Part shown: positions 13,061 to 25,739 of the stretch, piece after piece
Numbering within the stretch: the stretch's first letter is position 1
Layout of the letters: every line of letters starts with the position of its first letter
NCBI RefSeq assembly: GCF_001194135.2
Contig: NC_068990.1
Span: 31,695,753-31,759,752, forward strand
Length of the DNA stretch: 64,000 nt
Direction: 5' to 3'
From: Octopus bimaculoides
Taxonomy: Eukaryota
Translations under genes and position numbers: made by a program
Notes under the pieces: generated by a model
The model's input: the letters and a program-made list of their open reading frames with translations, nothing else
What the model was told of the DNA's origin: nothing
Databases searched by the model: none

Positions 13061-13873
13061 GTGAGACCACCCACAGCGAAAGACTACTTACACTGGTATA
13101 TATATAACATATTTCTTTGATCCTGCATACTTAGATATTACAAACTCTACAATAGAGTAATAATACAAATAATATATACATAATCTCCCACATGCAATTC
13201 TCATACACAACACGTATACAATTAACTCAATTAATTTTGCTCGAATTTAAAACGTGTACGCCAATTGCTACATTGTTCTTCCAGTAATATATTACTATGT
13301 GGAAATAATGTTCTATGTACGTATATAAGCTCCATTCTATATTCACACATCCTGATGGTTCGTGCTTTCCCCACAGTTTCCTGTCACTTTCTCTCCCTGT
13401 CTAATTCTCTTCTTTCTCCCTTTCCGCATCTCCATCATTCCTCACTTCCACTCACTCTGGCTTAGATTGTGACTCCACTGAAAATTAAATGTGCGCATTA
13501 CATGTCCACGGATAGTTTAGTTGAGAGCAAACAATTTATTACTGATCCTTAAAACTGCAGGAGAATCAATCCGTGTGTGTCTCTGTGTGTGTGCGTGCAG
13601 ATTTGTGTGCATGTGTCGCGCCTATGTATATACTTGCATACATTGTATGTATTTATACATACACACACACACACACACACACATATATACATACAGGTAG
13701 ATCGATTTTCCGAAACTTTGGGTGCCAAAGCCTTTCTTGATTACTGATATTTTCGAACAGGGGGCAGTCACCGCTAAATTAAACAAATATTACATTTACC
13801 GTACCTGAATAATTGAATGAAATAGAGGTACCTGTACATTAATATAAATGATGCAAGTTAATTTATTTTGTAC

Positions 13874-13945
13874 CTTGCAAGGTACTGTGAAACAGAAACC
13901 GCCCCAGTAAACCAGTCTGGTGGTTGCTGGAATCTGAAGTTCCTG
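13874..13945 (-). pseudogene. Symmetric 72-nt exon candidate, open in all three frames
   Basis: Branch-like CTAAT then ttaccag/cag acceptor, donor AAG|gtacaa. Membership of the same gene is unproven. Confidence 0.35.
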
Positions 13946-14226
13946 CTGGTAAATTAGTGCGGATTATAAAAGATTCCCGACCATCAGTGTTTGGAAAGTC
14001 AGTGTTGTATGTGTGTGTTTGTGGCTTTGCGTCAGTGTTTGCCCCCCACCACTGCTTGACAATTCGTGTTGGTGCGTTTATGTCCTCGTAACTTAGCGGT
14101 TCGGCAAAACAGAACGATAGAAAAAGTACCAGGCTTTAAAAAAATACGGGTCGTATGACTAAAATTTTTCAAGGCGATGCTCCTGCATGGCTGCAGTCTA
14201 ATGACTGAAGCAAGTAAAATAATGAA

Positions 14227-14291
<65 letters not shown>

Positions 14292-15400
14292 TGTACACGC
14301 TTGAGCACATTTCTATAGCTTCTTCTGAAAACATAATTTGTGTAGATGTAATATTTACATTTGTTACAACATGGTTTGGCTAAAACAATGTAAACTGTTA
14401 TAAATCCTATAACAGAAAGGAAACGAAACATTGTTAACGCGCCGTTAAGTAACTATTTAGATAAGCCGATATGAAAGAGTTACCCTATACAAATTGTTGT
14501 AGCTAGTTTACTTCAGCTACTAATAAATCATTGGTTTTACGAGTAGTGTGTTCGTAGACAATTAGGGTGCACAGTAGGGCAGAGAGTTGAAATGTATGGC
14601 ACACAGCTGTTCACTCATTTTTTCAATTTTCTTTCTTTTTTTTTTTTTGGAAAACATGGAGTATATAGATACAATGTATCACACAATGCAATGGTTGGCA
14701 AATATCCGTAGATATAGTCTACACTAAAGCTATATATCTTTTATTTTTATCTTTTACTTATTTTATTCATTGAACTGCCTTGAAGTGTTTAGTCGAACAA
14801 ATCAACCCCAGTACCTTTGTTTTCAAATCTGGTACTTAGTTCTTTTGCTAAGTCGCTAAGTTACGGGGATGTAAACAAAGCAACACTGGTGGTCAAGTGT
14901 GTGTGTGTGTGTGTGTGGAGGCACATGGCCTAGTGGTTAGAGCAGCGGACTCAAGGTATCGTGAGTTCGAATCTCAGACTGGGCGATGCGAGTGTTAATG
15001 AGTGAAACACCTAAGTTCCACGTGGCTCCAACAGAAGGTAATGGCGAACTTCTGTTGACTCTTTCGCCACAACTTTCACTCTTCCCTCCTACATCTAGCA
15101 GCTCATCAACGATGAACGGTTATATATATATATATATATATATATAATCGTTCATTGTTTAACGTCCATCTTCCATGCATGCATGGGTAGGACGGTTGAC
15201 AGGAGTCAACCGGGTAGCAGACTACCCCAGGCTACTGTGTCTGTTTTGGCAAGGTTTTTACGGCTGGATGCCTTTTCTAACATCAACCACTCTATAGAGT
15301 CGACTCAGTGATTTTTATGTGGCACTAGCACAGGTGAGTCTAGTTCATATATCCAAATAGAAGCACACTGTAATACTTAAAGGTCGTTGGTTATGGCCCA

Positions 15401-15552
15401 TCAGGAAGTCACCATTGGTTTCATACCTATAAAGCTCTTAGCAGTATGTGTAACTTGCCAGACTTGTTACATTCCTCCAGCCAATGGGTCTGACAAGTCA
15501 AACCTGTACTGCTAAGAATTTTATAGGTGCAAAACCAATGGTCACTTCCTGA
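15401..15552. repeat. Imperfect inverted repeat with 46-bp arms (MITE-like)
   Basis: tcaggaagtcaccattggtt...cttagcagta pairs with tactgctaag...aaccaatggtcacttcctga. Confidence 0.85.
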
Positions 15553-15879
15553 CCAGCTATAATTTAGAACCTTTATTATATAGACATATATGATGGGTCT
15601 CCAAATGCACTGACAGGGCTTTGATCAGCTCCAGGCTATGGTAGAAGACACTTGCCCAAGGTGGGTCTAGAGTTGGAGCCATTTGGTTGGGAAGTGAACT
15701 TCTTATCACATACTACACCTGCAATAATATATGTATATTATTCTTGAACAAGAGTAGTATTGACAGTGACTTCGAAGTTTAGAGAAGTTAAGCCATTGTT
15801 GGACGCAAACTACAAAAGTATAGAAATAACCCATCAGATTAGCAGAAAATTGTTTTTCTTTTATTATAACTGAACATTG

Positions 15880-16220
15880 CTGAGACCCCCTTCGGTCATG
15901 ACTGACCATAGGATTGCATCTAGAAAATTACCCTCCCAGACACAAGTCCAGGCAAGGTTGTTTTTATGGAAGACCAGCAGTCACCCATGCATATCAGCCT
16001 CCCCTCTCCACGCCACCAGTGTTATCCAAGGGAAAGGCAAAGGCCGATACAGCTTGGCACCTGTGACGTCGCAACTCATTTCTACAGCTGAGTGAACTGG
16101 AGCAACGTGAAACAAAGTGTCTTGCTCAAGAACACAACACGCAGCCCGGTCCGGGATTCGAACTCACAACCTCACGATCGTAAGCTCGACACTCTAACCA
16201 CTGAGCCATGCGCCTTCACA
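15880..16220 (-). mobile_element. tRNA(Arg, ACG)-like SINE with CORE-like centre
   Basis: Head tgaaggcgcatggctcagtggttagag...gagttcgaatccc, then gtgttcttgagcaagacact. Older relatives near 45790-46020 and 56130-56345. Confidence 0.85.
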
Positions 16221-18394
16221 ACTGAACATNNNNNNNNNNNNNNNNNNNNNNNNNNNNNNNNNNNNNNNNNNNNNNNNNNNNNNNNNNNNNNNNNNNNNNN
16301 NNNNNNNNNNNNNNNNNNNNNNNNNNNNNNNNNNNNNNNNNNNNNNNNNNNNNNNNNNNNNNNNNNNNNNNNNNNNNNNNNNNNNNNNNNNNNNNNNNNN
16401 NNNNNNNNNNNNNNNNNNNNNNNNNNNNNNNNNNNNNNNNNNNNNNNNNNNNNNNNNNNNNNNNNNNNNNNNNNNNNNNNNNNNNNNNNNNNNNNNNNNN
16501 NNNNNNNNNNNNNNNNNNNNNNNNNNNNNNNNNNNNNNNNNNNNNNNNNNNNNNNNNNNNNNNNNNNNNNNNNNNNNNNNNNNNNNNNNNNNNGTGTGTG
16601 TGTGTGTGAAGGTGGCAAGCTGGCAGAATCATTAGCATGCAGGGCAAAATGCTTAGGGGCATTTCTTCTGCCGGTATGTTCTGAGTTCAAATTCCACTGA
16701 GATCAGCTTTGCCTTTCATGGGGTTGATGTAACTGATCTTCCCCCTCCCCCAAAATTGCTGGATTTGTGCCAGAACTTGAAACCTATATATAGTCATGGC
16801 AGATACCAGTGTCATGCAAATTGGCACCCATGCTGTTGGCACATAAAAGCACCCATTACACCCTCAGAGTGGTTGGCATTAGGAAAGGCATCCAACTGTA
16901 GAAACCATACCAAAACAGACTGGAGTCTGGGCTTCTTTCAGTTTCCATCTACCAAATCGACCCACAAACCTTTAGTCGGCTCAGGGTTTTAGCAGAAGAC
17001 ACTTGTCCAAAGTGCCAATCAGTGGGACTGAACCCAGAACCATGTGGTTGAAAAGCAAATTTCTTAACACACAGCCTTACATGTGCCTACAAGCCACATC
17101 TGTGCCCCTATANNNNNNNNNNNNNNNNNNNNNNNNNNNNNNNNNNNNNNNNNNNNNNNNNNNNNNNNNNNNNNNNNNNNNNNNNNNNNNNNNNNNNNNN
17201 NNNNNNNNNNNNNNNNNNNNNNNNNNNNNNNNNNNNNNNNNNNNNNNNNNNNNNNNNNNNNNNNNNNNNNNNNNNNNNNNNNNNNNNNNNNNNNNNNNNN
17301 NNNNNNNNNNNNNNNNNNNNNNNNNNNNNNNNNNNNNNNNNNNNNNNNNNNNNNNNNNNNNNNNNNNNNNNNNNNNNNNNNNNNNNNNNNNNNNNNNNNN
17401 NNNNNNNNNNNNNNNNNNNNNNNNNNNNNNNNNNNNNNNNNNNNNNNNNNNNNNNNNNNNNNNNNNNNNNNNNNNNNNNNNNNNNNNNNNNNNNNNNNNN
17501 NNNNNNNNNNNNNNNNNNNNNNNNNNNNNNNNNNNNNNNNNNNNNNNNNNNNNNNNNNNNNNNNNNNNNNNNNNNNNNNNNNNNNNNNNNNNNNNNNNNN
17601 NNNNNNNNNNNNNNNNNNNNNNNNNNNNNNNNNNNNNNNNNNNNNNNNNNNNNNNNNNNNNNNNNNNNNNNNNNNNNNNNNNNNNNNNNNNNNNNNNNNN
17701 NNNNNNNNNNNNNNNNNNNNNNNNNNNNNNNNNNNNNNNNNNNNNNNNNNNNNNNNNNNNNNNNNNNNNNNNNNNNNNNNNNNNNNNNNNNNNNNNNNNN
17801 NNNNNNNNNNNNNNNNNNNNNNNNNNNNNNNNNNNNNNNNNNNNNNNNNNNNNNNNNNNNNNNNNNNNNNNNNNNNNNNNNNNNNNNNNNNNNNNNNNNN
17901 NNNNNNNNNNNNNNNNNNNNNNNNNNNNNNNNNNNNNNNNNNNNNNNNNNNNNNNNNNNNNNNNNNNNNNNNNNNNNNNNNNNNNNNNNNNNNNNNNNNN
18001 NNNNNNNNNNNNNNNNNNNNNNNNNNNNNNNNNNNNNNNNNNNNNNNNNNNNNNNNNNNNNNNNNNNNNNNNNGGACGTTAAACGATGATGATGATGATG
18101 ATGATGATGATCATCATCATCATCATCGTTTAATGTCCACTTTCCATGCTGTAATGGGTTGGACGGTTTAACTGAAAAACTGGTAAGCTGGTGGTGGGGG
18201 GCTTCACCAGGTTCCAATCTGATTTGGCAAGGTTTCTATGGCTGGATGCCCTTCATAATGCCAACCACTCTAAGAGTATAGGAGGTATTTTTTACGTGCC
18301 ACCAGCACGGGTGCAGTTGACCTAACACCAACATTGGTCACAATTACAGTCTCATTTGACTTGACAGGTCAACACAAGCACAGTATACCACCCA

Positions 18395-18440
18395 GGTTGC
18401 TGATGAGAATTAAGGTGGTTTTCGAAATTGTGATACAGCT
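18395..18440 (+). ncRNA. Candidate minimal type I hammerhead
   Basis: GGUUG-CUGAUGA-GAA(11 nt)UUC-GAAA-UUGUGAU-A-CAGCU. Core intact, stems short. Confidence 0.45.
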
Positions 18441-18459
18441 GTGTACACTAGGGACTTAC

Positions 18460-18568
18460 CTTCCTTTGTCAGTCATTAAGTATAGTGCTGTGGTGGCTTT
18501 AGAGTTAATGTAACTCTTATTTTAGCATAAACAGTCTCCGTCACTTTTGTGACCGCAATCAATTTTGC
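18460..18568 (-). pseudogene. Exon relic, 109 nt, phase 1 to 2 (GKIDCGHKSDGDCLC*NKSYINSKATTALYLMTDKG)
   Basis: Acceptor atatatag, strong donor AAG|gtaagt, one TAA. Confidence 0.45.
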
Positions 18569-18585
18569 CTATATATATATGTGTG

Positions 18586-18650
<65 letters not shown>

Positions 18651-18891
18651 ATATATTTATGTATGTGTTTGTGTGTACTCTTGTCTAGTCATAATGTGAT
18701 GGTTGTAAATGAACACCCCCCTCATAGAAGAAAGTTTATCCATTTCCAGTCTGCCATGAAAAATCTTCTAGGCATGGGAAAATATTTTCTGCTTTGGAAA
18801 TGTTAAGGATTGGCTTCATCTGTCTATAGAAAATTTGCCTCAACAAAGTCTGCCTGTCTGTCTGTATGGATGGATGCATGCATACATATAA

Positions 18892-18922
<31 letters not shown>

Positions 18923-19352
18923 AAGAAATATTTGAATCAAGAATGGGGTAGCCAGAAACCCAAAGAGGAGTCTATAGAAATTATATATAGCAGTTGAGCA
19001 AACTGTATGTTTATTTTACATATGCAATATTTTAGTATAGAAACTCAGTTTTCACTTATTTGTATCACCATAATCATCATTATCATGGTAATCACAACCA
19101 CTTAACTATGCATGCTTGGATCATTGGAAGTTCATTCAAGCAAGTTTTCTAAAGCTGGATGACATAACATTTCAGTGACCAGCACTCCTTTGTTTTTAAG
19201 CAAGGTACTACTTGAACATAGGCAGGCATATTTTCATGGGAGATTGAAAGTAAAGACATGTCTTGTACAATGGTAACACTTGTTTACAACTATCACATGT
19301 TATGAAAACATGGGCAGAAAATCACATACATATTTTCCAAAATGTGTACATT

Positions 19353-19390
<38 letters not shown>

Positions 19391-20066
19391 TGTGTGTGTG
19401 TTTGTTTGTTTGTGTGTCTGTGTTTGCCACCCACCCCCAACATCACTTGACAACTGATGTTGGTGTGTTTCTATCACCATAACTTAGCAGTTCGGCAAAA
19501 GAGACCGCTAGTATAAGTACTAGGCTTACAAGGAATAAGTCCTGGGGTCGATTTGTTTGACCATAGGTGGTGCTCCAGACTGAAACAAATAAAACAATAA
19601 AACAATATATTCTTTTATTCTTTTACTTGTTTCAGTCATTTGATTGGGGCCATGCTGGAGCACCAAAGAAATCAACCCTTGGACTTATTGTTTGTAAATC
19701 TAGTACTTATACTATCAGTCTCTTCTGCCAAACCACTAAGTTACAAGGACATAAGCACACCGGTATCAGTTGCCAAGCAATGGTGGTGTAGACAAACATA
19801 GACACAAAGATACACATAAGTATATACATATATATATATATATGACAGCCTTCTTTCAGTTTCCATCTACCACATCCGCTTACAAGGCTTTGGTCAGCCC
19901 AAAGCTATTGTAGATGACACTTGCTCAAGTTGCAAGGCAGTGGGACTGAACCTGGAACCATGCGTTTGGGAAGCCTGCACCTATATATGTGTACATATAT
20001 ATGTGTATGTGTACATATGTATATATATATATNNNNNNNNNNNNNNNNNNNNNTTATATATATATT

Positions 20067-20109
<43 letters not shown>

Positions 20110-20399
20110 GTAGGTAAATATGTAGGTAGGTAGGCAGGCAGGCAGGTAGGTAGGTAGGTAGGTAGGTAGGCAGGCAGGCAGACAGATACACACATACACA
20201 CACACACACAAATACACACACACACATATATACGTAAGATCCTGTTGCATGTTTGATATGATGATCAATTTGAAGCTACTTTTTCAATACTTACGGTAAA
20301 ATAAGCTCTACTTGTTGCATTCTAATGTTTGTTTTTATTTCTTTGCAGGTTACTTCATACTGTACTTCATACTTCATACGTATCAATTTTGTCCTTTAA

Positions 20400-21440
20400 A
20401 CTGAGTTTAGACCAGACCCACATGATACATTGCATGTTGAATGAGTTGAAAAGGGGCTCTTCACCAATGTAAGCAGCAAGTAATATTCATTCTGTCATAT
20501 GGAAAGGAAGTTTTAAGTGTCCAGACATCCCAGCAATGGTTTGGCCAGTTTCACTTGGGAAATCTTTATGAACAGATTCCCCTCAATCTGGACGACCAAG
20601 TTTTTTCAGTATTGAGCTTCTGAAAACTTTAGTTTACAAAAATCCAAAGCAAACCGCACAAGAATTAGCAAAACAGTTGAATTAAAGTCACAATTTGATC
20701 ATAGAACACTTTCATGAACAAGGAAAAGTGTGTAACTTTGGTCAATAAGTCCTTCATCATCTGACTGCTTCTCTGCTTAATGAAAATGTTGCTGTCTGAT
20801 ATTCATTGAAGACCAGACTTGCTACCAAAACTTCCCAGGGTAGAATCATCACAAGTGATAAAATGTGAATTCTCTATAATCATATAAAATGAAAACTCTA
20901 ATAGTTGCCAACCAACAAAAAAACTAGGATTTACCAGAGAAAGTTATATTCTGTGTTTAGTGAGATATGAGGGGTGTTGTCTGTCATAAAGTGTTAAACC
21001 AAAATGTTACAGTTGATGACAAGAAGCATTCCACAAAAATTTGCAGAAAAAGCACCCATCGTTGGTCAGTCGTAAAAGGGTATTGCTCTTATTTTATAAG
21101 CAGGACCATACATTGTCCAAGTTGCTCAGGAAAAAACCTTGTGGCACTTCATATGGAATTTTTTGCTTCATCCTCCTAACTCTGCTGGCCTTGTTCCATC
21201 TGACTATCATCTTTTCAGATCATTGCAACATCATTTAACGAGTAAACAGTTTATGAATTGTAAAGAAGTTAAAAATGATACTGAGTTTCTTTTGAAACCT
21301 AAAGAATTTGGCACCTTAGGGATGAGCAATTATGTTAACAACAATGAAAGGAAATATCAACTTGATTAAAAATAACAATTAAGTACATAGAAGCATTTGT
21401 TCCTTTCTTGAAATTTGACAGTACTTTCAATTCAACCTAA
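20400..21440 (+). mobile_element. Old mariner transposase relic
   Basis: Degenerate SGRP motif near 20590 and LHPPNSAGLVPSDYHLFRSLQHHL at 21160-21240; many stops and frameshifts. Confidence 0.75.
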
Positions 21441-21449
21441 GACATACAT

Positions 21450-21497
<48 letters not shown>

Positions 21498-22399
21498 GCT
21501 TTGGTTGGCCCATGGCTATATAGTAGAAGACACCTGCCCAAGGCAGGTGGGACTGAACTGGAACTAAACTCAGAAGCAGGTAATTGGGAAGCAAACTTCT
21601 TACCACACAGCTGTGCTTGTACCTATTGTGTAGAAATAAATCTTAGAAAACCGTTTCAAAGTAAATATTGATATATCAGTGTATGTGTGTGTTTGTGACT
21701 GAGTGTGTGTGATGGGGTATGTATAAATATATGCATTTGTGTATGGGAGGGGGTATAATCCTCCTCATTCTCATGAGTTTTAAGTCTGTTTTCCATGAAA
21801 GTATAAACTGTTATTTTAAGCTGCATCAAACCCATCAGTGCAATTCCTTACAATCCTCTCTGCATAACACATCTATCATTCATGTGTACATATACCTTAT
21901 AATTTTTTTCTTTTTTTTTTTTTTTTGATTATGTATACAGTGTAGATTTATTAAATCAGGTATTCAGTTTTGTTTTATTTCAAAACCCACTGGCAGTAAG
22001 TGATTCTATTTTTCGTTTAACTGAGACTAGTGAATTAAGTGTAAAGACATATCTAAAGATCAGTTAATCCATAATATACTCTACTTTTGAAGAAAATAGC
22101 CTCTTTGTTTCTCAAGAAGGAATTATTATTGTTTCTTAAGTAACCAAATATTTATATATTTTTGTTAGCTATCTAAATTATGTGTGTTTGAGAATATGGA
22201 TCTCAGTAATTAAGATTTTAATTCTAGATTTTAATTCTACACTGTGTATTACTTGTGTCTGATTTGAAAATGGGTACTGGTTCCACCCTTTTGAATAGCA
22301 GTTAATAGTAGAAATCTTATGATGTCATTAAATATAACTTTATGAATGCATACAAAAATGTCAAGTGTAAAACAAAGAAAAGAGAAAATAATTTCACAT

Positions 22400-22569
22400 A
22401 TAATTTATTTTCAACTTCCATATTTTCTTGGTTCTTTTGTCTCCTCACATTGGTTTGTTCTTTCAAAGTTGTCATTTATATGCAAACTACTCAAAATAGT
22501 GGCTGTAATTCAAATGCCAGAGATTTTTTGCAGAACTGCTATTTTGTTGCTAATCTTTGTATTTGACTG
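22400..22569 (-). pseudogene. Exon relic with three stops (QIQRLATK*QFCKKSLAFELQPLF*VVCI*MTTLKEQ...)
   Basis: Tandem acceptor cttactag/cag 281 nt after the 22850 donor, phase 2 compatible. 3' end not defined. Confidence 0.35.
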
Positions 22570-22850
22570 CTAGTAAGATTAATTGTTAAGTCGGGACAAT
22601 AGACTGTGCAAAAATATGCCCACCACTACCTCACTTATGGAGTTCAGAGTATAAAATGCATTGTAAACTGTTTTACTTTCATGGATAATTGAAAGTGTCA
22701 TTCTATCTCTTCCTAAATTCTTCTTTTGTTGGTTCTTTTTATTTTTTATTTTTACCCCCTTTTTACTTAGCACACACTCTAGCTCAGCAGTGCACTTTAG
22801 CCACAGTTTGTCTTCTCTTCTTCTCCTTTTGTTTCCCTTCTCCAACTTAC

Positions 22851-23058
22851 AGTTCAGTAAATTTATGCATGAGAAGTTTTAACACATTTATAGCCTGATC
22901 TACTGTGTTTTTCTCTATTGTGTTTATCATCCTGTATTTATCATCTCTATTTCTGATCCCTTTCAACATTATTCTGCTCAAGCATTGACTAAAGCTGCCA
23001 TGCTGAACATTAACCGGCAATGTCAGTTTTTCTCTACAGCATGCTTCACTTTTAATTC
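22851..23058 (-). pseudogene. Exon relic, phase 1 to 2 (IKSEACCREKLTLPVNVQHGSFSQCLSRIMLKGIRNRDDKYRMINTIEKNTVDQAINVLKLLMHKFTEL)
   Basis: About 68 open codons ending at ACT|gtaagt. Acceptor is either aag at 23058 or cttttacag at 23065 (the latter implies a lesion). Confidence 0.55.
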
Positions 23059-23911
23059 CTTAATTCTGTAAAAGTGTATTAAGTCACCTATTGAGGCTTA
23101 ATAAAAAGATCACTAACCTTAGGAGAGTAGGCAACTTAAAATCACTGGGCACTGCAGCATGAAATAGAAGAAATATGAGGCTTTGAAATACTGTGGCAGT
23201 AATATAAGAGGCAACTCAATAAATGTATATCATATTGTATAGTATCAGCAAAGAGATATGGCTTTTTAATCCATGTAACTGCAGTACATCTAGGAAGATG
23301 GACATTTCAAATGAAAACCATCTAGTTTCCACTTTATGTTAGAGTGGTTGGCACTAAGAAGGCTATTTGGCTGTAAAACTATTGCTTTCATTAAACACAT
23401 TCTGAGTTAATCAATGTCACCTCACATGTTTGAACAGAAGCTGCCAGGAGTGTGGTTGGATGTAGGCAAATGAAAATGTTTAACTTATATCAATGTTGGA
23501 AAATTGATGCTCAATAACAAAATTTAGGCTGATTATGTACATTTAGTAATCTAAAGTACATCTACTGTTATTAAAGTTGGATAAGTATTCACAAAGTGTT
23601 GGGGGGGGGCATCTAAAGTAACAGGTTATTTGAATGTGAATATTGATTTGGAAATATTTTGAAGTTACAGAAGTCAATAAATTTCAAATAGTTCTCTATA
23701 CTGTTTACTATATACTATTGTATTCAAATATAATTCTATATACTTTAAATAAGTGACTGTATATTATGCTGTATCGTAATGAAGAGTCAAAAATGTCATC
23801 AGCTGAACTTTTGAAACTAAAAATTAGTTAAATTAAATTGAAGTATTTCTCAAAGTTTAAAAATAGTTCCTAGTAATCAATAAAATATTTGAAACATTTT
23901 ACAGCCATCAC

Positions 23912-23925
23912 CTCGTGTACATGAC

Positions 23926-23970
<45 letters not shown>

Positions 23971-24107
23971 TTAGTTGTCCAATAAAGTAGTCTTCCATTC
24001 AGCCATGTCCAGCATTTGTTAATTTCCATTTCCGAACTTGGAAGGACCTTCAACAGGAAATCATTCAGTAAGATGCATTGGCTGCTATGAGACAAATTTA
24101 TAATAAG
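23912..24107 (-). pseudogene. Exon relic, phase 0 to 1 (LIINLSHSSQCILLNDFLLKVLPSSEMEINKCWTWLNGRLLYWTTK...), containing an in-frame (GT)n tract
   Basis: Acceptor attttatttacag. The ORF stays open through the microsatellite to GAG|gtgatg. The 3' boundary is uncertain. Confidence 0.5.
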
Positions 24108-24199
24108 CTGTAAATAAAATATGTGTACATACATGTTTATATTACATACATTACACTTACATGCATGCAAACATACATTGATATAAAAGAAGGATTGTA

Positions 24200-24690
24200 T
24201 CTAAGGTAATGCAAAAGTGGGCATAACTTTTTTATTAACTGACATCGGTCATTCAAAGTGTGCATGTTGGTAGAGCAACTCTTTCTCTATACATAGTTAC
24301 TACTTTCCATTGTTTCCATAACAAGCAATCATTGAACCCAACTCTCAAATTCTCTTTGAAAATATTCAAATGTGCACTGTTGTACACCTTTCCTCACAGT
24401 CAGTTTCACCTCATCTGCATCATCAAATCGTTGTCTCTGAAGACATTGGACTGAACAGATAGAAGCTGGAGGGCACCAAATTCAAGGTGTATGGTGGATA
24501 AGGGGCCAGTGACCACTCTAATTTGCCAACTGCCAGATTTCTTGCCTAAGATATGTGTGGTCAAGCATTGATGTGAATTTGGATTGTTTTCAGATTATTG
24601 TTCAATCTCTTCTTTTCACAGGCTTGCTGTTCATGGTACAGCCATGTTCCAGAAAATCAAGGAGAATGACAAGACTGAAAATATTTTCTT
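24200..24690 (-). mobile_element. mariner-like C-terminal relic
   Basis: Minus-strand translation LQRQRFDDADEVKLTVRKG...FQREFESWVQ resembles a mariner C-terminus. Confidence 0.5.
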
Positions 24691-24729
24691 ATGTAGAATT
24701 TAGTAATTCACATGCTGTATGTAGTTTAA

Positions 24730-24945
24730 CCCTTTAGCATTTAAACTGACCATATTCAGCCCAAACATTTGACCTGTTTTATGTTCAAACCAACCAGATC
24801 CGGCCTCTCGCACCTATCCTACAATGTCGTTCTAAAAATAATCACATAAATGAAATCTCAAAGCCACAAGATAATATATGACAAATTCAAAGCAAGGTGA
24901 ATAAATAAGCATTACATTTGATAGAGTAAGCTGAATGCTAAAGGT
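24730..24945. mobile_element. piggyBac-like MITE
   Basis: TTAA|CCCTTTAGCATT left end and AATGCTAAAGG right end, with a decayed TTAA. Confidence 0.65.
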
Positions 24946-25229
24946 GTAATGTAATATTTTTGCAAACCCTAATTCTGTTTCACCAGAACATTTATTCTGT
25001 ATGTTAAATGATATATAAACAATACACCTAAATAAAAAAAAGCACGGTTTTCAGGTACTTCAAAGCTAGTAAAGTACAGTTAAATTGAAATAATAACCCT
25101 TTAGTTATTAAACCTGCATCTTCTTTCTAGAGTATAACAACTGTTTTGGCACCAAGCTGCCCGTATGTGTAGACGTGCATACACACACACATACGTTAAG
25201 GTATATAGTATATGCATTTCAACCAATCT

Positions 25230-25690
25230 TACCAATCAGTTTCACACAGAAATTAGGTAATTATGTGATTATCAAAAACTGTGCTCATCAGAATGGCCAG
25301 TATGAGAAAAATTTGCGATGGCTTTCTGTCAGCAAGTGTCATATTCGGAATGTGAGTGCTGTGAAAAAGACAAAACGAACCCGCAGGAGATGATCAGAGG
25401 GGTAACCACTAACAGTTATGTCCCTTGCCCCAAAACACCTGAGTGTAATCCATGACACTTTCTTTCAATCAACATACATACATCGCGCGGCTGTCTCTTC
25501 TGTATTAAAAGGGTGAATTTATGGTTATTAAATTTGACCTTCTGTTGTGCCCACATACTTCTGCAAGTTTGTCAGCTTACTGTGTCCTTTGACAGTACCT
25601 ATGCCTCGTATATGATTGTCTCTGTGTTTCATTGGTCATTATCAGGATATGATATTGTCCTTGCATGAGTACCCTACCTTTGTCTCAGCT
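25230..25690 (-). mobile_element. Penelope-like element 3' relic (GIY-YIG endonuclease plus terminal repeat)
   Basis: IIYEA...KYVGTTEG...FNNHKF with frameshifts, followed by a hammerhead core. Confidence 0.6.
25231..25298 (-). ncRNA. Degenerate hammerhead motif at the 3' end of a Penelope-like relic
   Basis: CUGAUGA-GCACAG(29 nt)CUGUGU-GAAA with a 6-bp stem II. Stems I and III are decayed. Confidence 0.55.
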
Positions 25691-25739
25691 GTGGCACTAC
25701 CAGCTAATATTTTCTTTATATTAGGTATACCGCTAAAAG

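Noticed and set aside
22579-22845. 88-aa Lys-rich minus-strand ORF
   Set aside because: Starts just after a gtaagt donor and fills the 281-nt intron candidate; low-complexity purine-rich sequence.
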